A stretch of 46,285 nucleotides of DNA from Octopus bimaculoides (Eukaryota). This document shows, piece by piece, positions 36,441-46,285 of the stretch (within the stretch, counting starts at the first letter, position 1; every line of letters begins with the position of its first letter). The position numbers were made by a program, and so were the translations under genes. Location of the stretch: the NCBI RefSeq assembly GCF_001194135.2, contig NC_069006.1, positions 25,137,507-25,183,791 on the forward strand, read 5' to 3'. The notes under the pieces were generated by a model. That model had not been told where the DNA came from. It saw nothing but the letters and a program-made list of their open reading frames with translations, and did not search any database.

Positions 36441-36632
36441 TTCCACAATTTGTGGCACAAACAAAAACAACAATCATATAGAGAATTTTTTTTTTCTTTT
36501 TTGAAAAATAAGAATTTCATCTCAAACAACATCCAGAACAAGGTCTTAGAATTCAAAAATTGTGGACAGCAAGAAAACAAAACAAGAACAAACAGTAGAG
36601 TTTTTCCTCAAGGAGAAATTTTTTCCACTTAC

Positions 36633-36713
36633 CGTTTCTCTGTGTGGGAGTAATTCTTTACGAATTTTGAAGAAATTTTTCCCATACTGACGTAAACCCT
36701 TGATGAAGCGCTT
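36633..36713 (-). CDS. RERE: Atrophin/RERE coding exon: SANT domain ([27 protein letters not shown])
   Basis: 81 nt, phase 0-0, acceptor ttttttccag| and donor ACG|gtaagt. Near-identical to the RERE SANT segment [27 protein letters not shown] (recalled). Not in the ORF track. Confidence 0.97.
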
Positions 36714-36946
36714 CTGGAAAAAAATATTGAAACGAAGAAGTGATTAACAGAACTAACTTTCATTTATGGCATCAGTTAAGAAACCATAGAGATGGCACTG
36801 GGGTCATTCACCTACATATTCCAACCTGTACAGAATCAAATGGATCTTCTAATGGAAAAACGTCAGTCTTTACAGAGGACCAAAAAAAATCGATTGTATA
36901 CATCAAAATTAAAAAGTTCAACTGAAAAATATGAATTTTAAATTAA

Positions 36947-37167
36947 CCTTTTCGTTACCGTATTTATTTTAAGATGCTCTGTGTTTCTTTCAATTAATTT
37001 TAAATATAACAAAGACTAGTAAAATAACTTAGTCATCATTAAGCTTGTGTTAGGAACATTAATTGTGACTAAGGTTTGGTGGAAGATTTTAATTGAGAAC
37101 TTTTGAAAACAGGACATTTGTATCTACAGAACCAGAGGTGGTTTCAGCCGAGTTGGTATCAAAACGG
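36947..37167 (+). mobile_element. TTAA-flanked (piggyBac-like) MITE, family 1
   Basis: TTAA|CCTTTTCGTTACC ... GGTATCAAAACGG|TTAA (10/13 TIR match, TTAA on both sides); second copy at 11530-11753. Confidence 0.8.
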
Positions 37168-37194
37168 TTAAAAATTAAAATGTGAAATAACAAT

Positions 37195-37605
37195 GATCCT
37201 TTCTACTAGAAACCTGAAATTTTGCAGGAGGGGGGCTGATCAATTACATTGAGCCCTGCTGTTTAACTGGTATTTATTTCATCCACCCAGAAAGGATGAA
37301 AGGCAAAGCCGATCACAGAGGAATTTGAACCAAGAATGTAAAGAAATGGAATAAATGCTGTTAGGCATTTTGCCCAGCATGCTAACGATTCTGCCAGCTC
37401 ACCACAATACTACTACTACTACTACTAATAATAATAATAATAATCCTTTTTATGAAAGGCACATGGCCTGAAATTTAGGCAGAGGGGACTAATCAATTAC
37501 ATCGACCCCAGTGTTCCACTGGTATCAACCCTGAGAGGATGAAAGTTGACCTCAGCCACTAAGCATTTTGTGCAGAATGCTAACGATTCCGTCAGCTGAC
37601 CACCT
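37195..37605 (-). mobile_element. Two tandem SINE family A copies separated by (TAC/TAA)n
   Basis: Copies at ~37195-37405 and ~37440-37605, each with a GGTGAGCTG/GGTCAGCTG...AATCGTTAGCA head on the minus strand. Confidence 0.82.
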
Positions 37606-37974
37606 TAATAGTAAGAAGAAGAATAAAATCAGGTTCAATTTTAGTTTGTAATTTTGCATTTCCACTTTAGAAATATTATTTAAATAATTGAGTGACAACG
37701 GAAAAGAGTCACCTTGTGTGAAAGTAACAAAAACGAAGGTGGAAGGAGAAGTTCAATGAAAAGAGATTGTGGAGAAAGCAGTTATGAGTATCCTCTATCT
37801 GGCTTCTTAACAGAATATTCTTCTGTTGTAGGGAAGGAGAAGAAGAAGGAGACATAAACTGACCAACGGAATGAAGGAACGAAAGTGAGAACAGAGAACA
37901 AATTTGGCATGAAAAAGGCGAGTTTTTGTAGTGAGGAAGGGAACCATCGCGAGGCTAGCCTGCCTCTTGTATTT

Positions 37975-38036
<62 letters not shown>

Positions 38037-38724
38037 GATGATGATGGAAGGAGAGAGGGAGAGAGGGAGAGAAGGAGAGAGAGAGAGAGCTAAGAGTGAC
38101 TAGCAATAAACAAGGAATACACAAGAGTCGCGAACCTACAAGTCAAAGCTTTTCAGATAAAATGAATCGCTCGGAATCAATAGCACAAAGTTATTTGGCA
38201 AGAAACAAATTAATAAAGCAAACCACTCGATGATAATATCAAAAGTGGAGTGTTAATAGCAAACGATCAAAAGACTTGCAGAGAATTCACAAGAACCATG
38301 TAGATGAAAATATTGGTAAATCACTAGAAGAGTTTATCTAAATAATCTCTTTAACTTTCTGCGAGAGATCACTGAATTCTTGACTGAACACTCAATTTCT
38401 ACCAAGAAATAATATTGCATTCGACAGAAAACGGTTTTAATAAAAGACCGTTTTCTCCTACTTTCGATTAACATGTTCGGAATTAAGCGCAGCACCGAGG
38501 GGGGTCAGAGTTTAGCAGACATGCCGAGGAATAATACGCAGCAAATTGCGATTGGCATAATGTGTAATTAGGAGAGGTGAGAAATAGGCAGGAAATATAT
38601 AAAATCATCTTTTCAGGATGAAGAGAATTGAAACCACCTTAAAATCTGACATTTCAATGTTATTCTACCATTAGAGCAACCATTGATGGAACAACTGAAC
38701 GTCTCTTTGTTGATGGTTCTTTTA

Positions 38725-39040
38725 TTTGTTTCGGTCAGTAGACTGCGGTCAAGCTGGGGCACCACTTTCAGGAATTTTAGCCAAACGAATTGACCCCAGT
38801 ACTATTTTTTTTTTAAAGCCTGATACTTATTTTATCAGTCTCTTTTGCCAAACTGCTAAGTTACACCAACAATAGTTGTCAAGTGGTGGACACACACGTG
38901 TGTGCGATGAGTTTCTTCCAATTTCTGCCCACCAAATCCATGCTCAAGGCTTTGGTCTGCCCGAAGCATAAGATGTCGTGCAGTGGGACTGAACCCGGAA
39001 CCATGTGGTTGGGAAGCAAACTTCTTACCAAACAGCCATG
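38725..39040 (-). mobile_element. SINE family B
   Basis: Plus strand GCAGTGGGACTGAACCCGGAACCATGTGGTTGGGAAGCAAACTTCTTACC is the reverse complement of the B head. Confidence 0.85.
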
Positions 39041-39675
39041 CCTTTGCAATCAAAAAGAAATATAAAAGGCATTTTATCTGACATTTCTAATTTAGATGTC
39101 GTTAAATTTATGTCAATAAACATTACACTCCATGACTGCTCACTAGAGTAATTAACCAATGTAACTTGATGAATTTCAGAAGATAATTAAAATAAAATTA
39201 ACAGGAAATAAAACAGTGCTCTGGGGCTGTTTTTCACGAGAATATAAATATATAAATCCTTGTTAATGTTGTAATTTTACACACTTTTTTTGTATCCATG
39301 ATATAATAACAAGCCAACATGGAAGTCCCCACAGGTACACTCAAATTGATAGAAATAGCAGCCAATTGGTACCTCACACACAATAATATTGCCATGGGTT
39401 ATCTTTACATTAAAAAAGGACAGAGTGGTCATAGATGAAATGTCACTGATCGAGGCATCTTCACATTTCTTAAGGAGGTATTTATAATGGTCAATCTTTC
39501 AAGCTCGAGTGGTATCCATGTTATCTTCATAGAAGTGAAACAAGTGAAAGAATAAAGGAATAACAAGCGTGACGACGGCTGGCTGTCCAATAAACTAAAG
39601 GTAAAGGTCAAATGAACAAGGACAAGATCAAGGCCACACCACCCTACCATAAAGGCAAGTGAAACCAATACATAC

Positions 39676-39774
39676 CGTTTCATCATCAGTCCATTTTTTC
39701 TCAATACCACGAGGTACAGGACACTTGACAAGAGCTTGCAATGCCTTCCCTGTGTCATAATGGCAGAGATGAAG
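39676..39774 (-). CDS. RERE: Atrophin/RERE coding exon: end of ELM2 and start of SANT ([33 protein letters not shown])
   Basis: 99 nt, phase 0-0, acceptor ccgcag| and donor ACG|gtatgt. Resembles vertebrate RERE [33 protein letters not shown] (recalled). Contained in ORF 39628..39903. Confidence 0.96.
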
Positions 39775-39973
39775 CTGCGGGGTAAAGAGAACAACATCAG
39801 CATATATTATACGATTATAAAAGCACAGCATGTGTGTATATGTGTATGTATATATATATATACAATATATGATTTGATATACGTATAACACACACACACA
39901 CACACACGATATACTTACTTACAAAATACATATACACGCACACAAACACACATATATATACATACCCACAGAC

Positions 39974-40268
39974 CATCATCATTTAACGTCCGACATCCAT
40001 GTATGCCTGGTTAGGATGGCTGACAGGAATTAGCCAGGCAGAAGACTACTCCAGGCTACTGTGTCCATTTTGACAGGGGCTTTTACAACTAGGATGCCCT
40101 TCCTAGCACCATCAATGGAGCAGTTGGCTTTAGGAAGGGTATCCAGCTGTAGAAACCATGTCAAATCAGATTGGCGTTCGGTGCAGCCCCGCAGCTTGCC
40201 AGCCCTGGTCCAAACCATCCAAACAAAGCCAGTATGGACAACAGACATTAAGTGATGACGACGACGAC
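39974..40268. repeat. Two SINE module D copies joined back-to-back as an inverted repeat
   Basis: GGATGCCCTTCCTAGCACC (~40092-40110) faces GGCTTTAGGAAGGGTATCC across ~15 nt; (CAT)n and (GAT/GAC)n tails point outward. Confidence 0.75.
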
Positions 40269-40284
40269 ACACACACAAAATCCA

Positions 40285-40405
40285 GTCAGAAGTCTTTGGT
40301 CAGCCCAAGGCTATAAGAGAACACTTGCCCAAGGTACCACACAGCAGGACTGAACTCAGAACTGTGTGGTTGGGAAGCCAGCTTCTTCCCACACGGGCAT
40401 GCCTG
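40285..40405 (-). mobile_element. SINE family B 5' part
   Basis: Plus strand CACTTGCCCAAGGTACCACACAGCAGGACTGAAC...GTGGTTGGGAAGCCAGCTTCTT. Confidence 0.78.
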
Positions 40406-40632
40406 CGCCTATGAAGTATGCTTTTTGCTTTTGTTTAAATATATCCGCACGGAATAAAACAATATGAACTGCTCAAAGATTTCATATCGGATGCATATTT
40501 AATTTTTGTTTTGGAAACAAAAATCTGTTAAAAATTCTTAAAACTGATTTCTTTTTCAGCTAAATTGGTGAAAGCATTAAAGGTGATTATGAGCAATAAA
40601 AAAAAAAGGAAAGAAGGAAAAGAAAAAAACAG

Positions 40633-40686
<54 letters not shown>

Positions 40687-41290
40687 NNNNNNNNNNNNNN
40701 NNNNNNNNNNNNNNNNNNNNNNNNNNNNNNNNNNNNNNNNNNNNNNNNNNNNNNNNNNNNNNNNNNNNNNNNNNNNNNNNNNNNNNNNNNNNNNNNNNNN
40801 NNNNNNNNNNNNNNNNNNNNNNNNNNNNNNNNNNNNNNNNNNNNNNNNNNNNNNNNNNNNNNNNNNNNNNNNNNNNNNNNNNNNNNNNNNNNNNNNNNNN
40901 NNNNNNNNNNNNNNNNNNNNNNNNNNNNNNNNNNNNNNNNNNNNNNNNNNNNNNNNNNNNNNNNNNNNNNNNNNNNNNNNNNNNNNNNNNNNNNNNNNNN
41001 NNNNNNNNNNNNNNNNNNNNNNNNNNNNNNNNNNNNNNNNNNNNNNNNNNNNNNNNNNNNNNNNNNNNNNNNNNNNNNNNNNNNNNNNNNNNNNNNNNNN
41101 NNNNNNNNNNNNNNNNNNNNNNNNNNNNNNNNNNNNNNNNNNNNNNNNNNNNNNNNNNNNNNNNNNNNNNNNNNNNNNNNNNNNNNNNNNNNNNNNNNNN
41201 NNNNNNNNNNNNNNNNNNNNNNNNNNNNNNNNNNNNNNNNNNNNNNNNNNNNNNNNNNNNNNNNNNNNNNNNNNNNNNNNNNNNNNNNNN
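40687..41290. other. Assembly gap (N-run) next to (AG)n
   Basis: 604 N. Confidence 1.
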
Positions 41291-41699
41291 GGGGGGCAAG
41301 TAAATGAAAGTCGCAAAAATAGGGAGGAAGAGGAGTAACTGTAATTAGGACAGTGGGAGGAATAATTATGGAAGTCATAGAAGAGATGAAAAGGCAGACA
41401 AACACTGAGAGGAATTTAGGAAATGACACTTGAATATCTATGTCTGTCTGTCTGTCTATACAAACACACAAAAGCATGATTGTCCTCAAATTTTCACATA
41501 AGAAAATACAGAAGAATTATTTGGATGTGTGTGTGTATAAAACGGACGCTTCATGATGATGATGATGATGATGATATGCATACACACACAAAGTATACAT
41601 AAACAGACGTGTGTGTGTGTGTATAAATATATTTAATATATATGCACACACACACACACACAAATGTATAGACATACAGACGTATCTACATTCATATAC

Positions 41700-42090
41700 A
41701 TAAATCATCACCATTTAAAGAGTGCTTGTTTTCCATGCTGGCATGGGTTGGACATGTCTGACAGGAACAGGCAAGTGAGAAGTCTGCACCAATCTCTGCC
41801 GTCTGCTTTGGTACGGTTTCAAGGGTGGGATGCCCATCCTGATGCCAACCGCTTTCCAGGGCTTACTGGGTGCTTGGTACGTGGGCTCCAGCACCAGTGT
41901 GGGGTTACCAAGTACCTTGCATGACAAACCCTTGCAACTGAGGTGGAAGAGCAGTGCTGAAGAAGACAGCTTGGTGCCAGGCTTTCGTCAGCCCGAGGTT
42001 ATAGGAGAAAATACTTGCCCAAGGTGTCACGCAGTGGGACTGAACCCAGAACACTGTGGTTGGGAAGCAAGCTTCTTACCGCACAGCCAC
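41700..42090 (-). mobile_element. SINE with B-type tRNA/CORE head and module D tail
   Basis: The minus strand runs from GTGGCTGTGCGGTAAGAAGC...CCTTGGGCAAG through GGTTGGCATCAGGATGGGCATCC to CCAACCCATGCCAGCATGGAAAAC...TTAAATGGTGATG. Confidence 0.78.
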
Positions 42091-42539
42091 ACCTCTATAT
42101 ATACACTCACACACACACATAATAATAATAATAATAATAATAATAATAGTGATATTTAAGTAGCATAAGTTTTTATATTCTCTTTCCATTTTAAGGGGAC
42201 GGGGGAGGGAGCAAGTTAAAATCCTTTGTGTAGAATGTATTGTTCAATAGATACGATACACATGGTAAGTTCTATTCAATGCTTTAAAAAAAAGGGGGCA
42301 GGAGGAAGAAAAAAGGTTTCCTTTAAAAGGAGTTACAAAAAAGTAAATGTAATTAATATAGCTTTGTTTATTAATTAAGGGAGGGTTCGTTATAATCTGG
42401 GCTGTCAGTCAACCATATGTTCTCAGATTAATTAGAGCAATCGTTTGAACAGATGGAAATGAAGTGAGCAACCCTGACGAGTCCCTAGGTGTGTGCAAAC
42501 CTCTAGTCACATCGTTCGGCTTTTTGTTTGAACCAGTCG

Positions 42540-42780
42540 TTCGACTGAGACCATGCTGGAGCAACGCCTTGCAGAATTTCAGTCGAACAAATCAACCCCA
42601 GGACTTATTTAATTAAAGCTTGGTACTTGTTTTATTGGCCTCTTTTGTTAAACTGCGAAGTTATGGGGATGCAAATGCACCAACACCGGTTTTCAAGCTG
42701 TGGTGGGGGACAAACACAGACACAAATGATAGGCTTCTTTTAGTTCGTTTACCAAATCCACTTATGAGGCTTTGGTTGGC
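42540..42780 (-). mobile_element. SINE family B 3' part
   Basis: Homologous to 38725-39040 and 6670-6900. Confidence 0.75.
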
Positions 42781-42823
<43 letters not shown>

Positions 42824-43411
42824 TGTGTGTGTATCTCTTATGGCAGGGTCCAAGGTTTTGGTTCATCACAATTCTATATTGTAAATCTGTGGTTGAGCTC
42901 CAGACAAACTGGCTTCTACACACACACACACACACAGAGAGAGAGATATATCCTTTTCCTCAATATACAATACCTGTACACCATTTCAAACAGGCTGAGA
43001 CGAAGACTAAGCAATTGACCACCACTCAGAATCATGTCTCCTCCCACCTTTTGTGTCACTGTTTCTTCAGGAAGAAGAAGACCTGCCAAGAAGTTGTATA
43101 TTTCCTTCAGACATTGCTACAGCACCAACACTAGGGCTAACCCTAATTGGGGTTAGTAATGATAATTAAAAGAAGGAGAGAGGGGGGGAGAGATAGAGCC
43201 TCCAGCATGGCCAGACCCTTTATTCATAGGTTTCTCATCTAAACCAATGTTTCTTCAAACAAGACTTTTTGGCTGAGGTCATTCAGAACTGAAGTGGCAG
43301 GGGCAGTAGTAGCAGGAGCAGTAGCGAGGGGGAGGAGGAGTGATAAGGGAGGGTGTCTGAGGAAGGAGAGCTGGAGGTAGTGGTTGTGGTGACAGTGGGG
43401 GAGAAAGAGAG

Positions 43412-43680
43412 NNNNNNNNNNNNNNNNNNNNNNNNNNNNNNNNNNNNNNNNNNNNNNNNNNNNNNNNNNNNNNNNNNNNNNNNNNNNNNNNNNNNNNNNN
43501 NNNNNNNNNNNNNNNNNNNNNNNNNNNNNNNNNNNNNNNNNNNNNNNNNNNNNNNNNNNNNNNNNNNNNNNNNNNNNNNNNNNNNNNNNNNNNNNNNNNN
43601 NNNNNNNNNNNNNNNNNNNNNNNNNNNNNNNNNNNNNNNNNNNNNNNNNNNNNNNNNNNNNNNNNNNNNNNNNNNNNNNN
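43412..43680. other. Assembly gap (N-run) within (AG)n
   Basis: 269 N. Confidence 1.
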
Positions 43681-43729
<49 letters not shown>

Positions 43730-44136
43730 CGACAGGGATGGCGAGGGAGGGGAGGTGGGCAAGACATCCTTTTTTTGTGAATGGAGAAAGAAAGGAGTAA
43801 AAGTCGAGGCAAGTGTTGTTGAGGGTGGTGGTGATGGTGAGACAGAAAAAGTCCCCTCCACCAGACAAGAAGGGCTGATGCTGGTAGGGGCAGAGAGAGG
43901 GGGGAGGAAGGATCGGCATGAAACAATTAAATGGGTAAAGGATAATGCATACACATGTAAGGAGGAAATAAAATCAATAAGTGGCAAGATTATATCCAAA
44001 TCTGCCATTAGTTCTCTCATTTGACAGCAACCCTACCACAGAGATATTTCCCATGGGAGGGAGGAAGTGGTGGGGGGCAGAGAGAGAGGGGGAGGGGCAG
44101 GGGAAGTGCCAGCGCCCCACCCCCACCCCGATGGGT

Positions 44137-44715
44137 AAGGGCTTTAGTCAGAACATTCCTGGGCTGGTCTAAAATAATACAAAACAAAATTGGGGTAAAA
44201 GAAAAAGCCAAGTTGAATTTTAGGGGATTCTCAGAGCAGGGAGGAACCTGAGTTGCTAGAAATAACAATGAAATATCAAATGTCCCTCCTAACATGCCCT
44301 CCTCACTGAAAGATATATTGGATGATGTAATTCTAGATAGCATCTGTTTGGATTTAAGACAGGATGTTCATGGCTGGAGGTGTGATGATCTGAGATTAAA
44401 CAATAAACTCAAACAAAGCCACAGAAAGGGAAAAGAAGTTTACAAAAGTGAGGGCAATGAATAAGGGGTTTAGTCAGAACATTGGTGGGCTGGTCTAAAA
44501 TAGTGAAGGAAGAAAAATGGGGCAAGTTGAATTTGAGGACATTCTCAAAGCAGTGAGGGACATTAGCTGCCAGAAACAGCAAGCAAATCTCCCTCATTAC
44601 ACACCCTACTTACTGAAGATAGACTGGAAAATGGAGTTTCAGATACAATCTGTTTGGGATTAAATTGGGTGATCGTGGTTGGAGGTGCTTTTGGCTCAGA
44701 ACTTTAGACTAACAG
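44137..44715. repeat. Diverged direct duplication of a ~260-bp unit (44137-44400 and 44464-44715)
   Basis: Both copies begin (G)GG(C/T)TTTAGTCAGAACATT..GGGCTGGTCTAAAATA and share CAAGTTGAATTT, ATTCTCA, CTGAAGAT, ATCTGTTTGG and GGAGGTG blocks in order. Confidence 0.8.
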
Positions 44716-44809
44716 ATAGACACTGTGTGTGTGTGGGGGGGGAGTCTCTAATTAGTTGCTAGGAATAGCAGGGCAAGTAATTTCCTCAAAACCACTCTAT
44801 CATCGCCAT

Positions 44810-45000
44810 TTAACATCCCTCATCCATGCTGGTATGGGTTAGGCAGTTCAAGAGGGGCTGGTAACCTGGCGAGCTATGACAGACTCTGTTTGTTCTGGCA
44901 TGAGGGGCACACAGCTGGATGCCCTTCCTAATGCCAACCATTTTACATAGTGTATTAGGTGCTTTTAACATGGCACCAGCACAGGTGACTTTGTTTAAAA
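44810..45000 (-). mobile_element. SINE 3' module D
   Basis: CCATTTAACATCCCTCATCCATGCTGGTATGGGTTAGG...CAGCTGGATGCCCTTCCTAATGCCAACC on the plus strand. Confidence 0.8.
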
Positions 45001-46253
45001 ATAATGGACACAAGGAGTAATGAAGGCCAAGGTACATTGTGTCTAAGCCTAAAAGACTTGGATAGTCACAGCTGTAATGCTTTTGTTCAGAGGTCAACAG
45101 AACCAGTGCTGGCCAGAGGCTAAACCACAATGAAAGATAGACCGATCACTCACATAGCACCAAAACTGTAAAGACCCATTCCACCCGCCCCTGGTGTCCT
45201 TATGGCTAAAGATTAAGAACCAATTGTCTCTGCCTCCTCGCAGACACAACACAGATTCTTTGTGCCAATTTGGTTAAACGCAATCCTGCTGTGGCCTTCA
45301 CTAAAAACCGTTGCATTCTACACAGAACAAACAAGCCTTTGATGGAAGAAGCAATCCTTCCAGAAGAGACTGTAATGGCCGTGTCTACCTTCTATTGAAA
45401 CTAGACAGGCAGAGATAAGACAACACAGACTAACAAACAAACAAAAACAGGAATCTTTGTCGCCAACTCATCCTCACCACCACCACCACCACCACCACAT
45501 TTCAACATTTATTTTTCGCTCAGTTGAATTAATTTGCTTAAGTAGATGTAAATGTTGTTGTAATTGAATAAATGAATGCCGACTATTTCCGTGTGGTTTT
45601 GTAACAAACGACGATGATGATGATGATGATGATGATGATGATAACAATGATGATGACGATGATAAACTAAACAACTGAAAATAAACAATGTTTTTAGGAA
45701 AAGAAGAGAAATTAAATGGAAACGCAACGGAGATTAGTGACAGCGGAATGGAAAATAACAAAGTAAGACTATTTACAGTCATTCCAACTCCAGAACCCCG
45801 CCATTCTCATCAGCGCCAACACCAAACCATTGTATATAATAGTTAAATATTTTTAGAATCCTCACATCTCATCTGTGTGTGTGTGTGTGTGTGTGCATGT
45901 GTGTGTGTGTGTTTGTAAGCAGCACAGGCCAGCGAAGGTGAATGACGAGATAAAAGTATTAGGTGTACACCACAGTTTATATTAAGTTAAACCATCGTAA
46001 CCGATATTTATTTGCAGATCTACAAAAACACTGTGTGCGCGCGCACGCGTATGTATGTGTGTGTGTACGCGTGCATGCGTGCGCGCGCACGAGTGTGCGG
46101 TTGTGGCAGGAAGATGTAATATATTTCATAAAATCAGTCGGGGGAATTCGACTAGATTGAAGCTGCGCAGTAAAATACATAAATATTTTGCTTTATAGAC
46201 ATTAAACATAATACATTAGGATATCAAAAGCAAGTGACACACAGACACGCACG

Positions 46254-46285
<32 letters not shown>

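Noticed and set aside
36160-36653. His/Thr- and Cys/Val-rich ORFs
   Set aside because: Translations of (CA)n/(TG)n microsatellites. Only the 36164-36270 part is kept, as a splice candidate.
39676-39690. CTGATGA followed by GAAAC on the minus strand
   Set aside because: It is the coding sequence for TDDET with no stem II; coincidental.
40528-41489. Long ORFs spanning N-runs (also 16645-17031, 26851-27426, 28780-29154, 43239-44024)
   Set aside because: Their length comes from assembly gaps and (AG)n repeats.
42474-42510. CTGACGAGTCC motif as a third hammerhead
   Set aside because: No GAAA (reads GCAAAC), and stems I and II cannot be formed convincingly.
43130-43160. Interstitial telomere repeat (TAGGG/CCCTAA)
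   Set aside because: Only two or three imperfect units.
39775-46285. Upstream ELM2/BAH exons of RERE
   Set aside because: I could not find the expected AARSMAAFAGMCDGG-type sequence; these exons probably lie beyond the window or in a gap.
1-46285. CRISPR arrays, operons or other prokaryotic systems
   Set aside because: Spliceosomal gene structure and animal SINEs throughout; the tandem repeats lack unique spacers.

Overview
Eukaryotic (animal) genomic DNA, AT-rich and microsatellite-dense, with five assembly gaps. The tRNA-derived SINE content points to an octopus or other coleoid cephalopod (inference). The window holds the middle of one minus-strand gene, an atrophin/RERE orthologue. Nine coding exons can be read with canonical GT-AG junctions and continuous frame: 39676-39774, 36633-36713, 5082-5220, 3557-3652, 2623-2822, 2300-2485, 1471-1557, 761-850 and <1-275. 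Together they total 1253 nt (about 417 codons) and encode the end of ELM2, the SANT domain, the GATA-type zinc finger and the start of the atrophin region, including a polyPro/polyGln run. A 31.4 kb intron (5221-36632) splits the SANT domain. The rest is intronic: several SINE families, TTAA-flanked and other MITEs, an R4/Dong-like retrotransposon relic, two minisatellites and many microsatellites. The best leads, all unproven, are: (1) a CpG-rich, promoter-like block with spliceable exons inside the large intron that could produce a short ATN1-like atrophin; (2) a SINE-derived cryptic/poison exon behind a UG tract just downstream of the first SANT exon; (3) two degenerate hammerhead-ribozyme-like motifs; (4) fold-back SINE pairs that would be ADAR substrates. 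No prokaryotic features, CRISPR arrays, or rRNA/tRNA genes are supported. Repeat boundaries are by eye and approximate.
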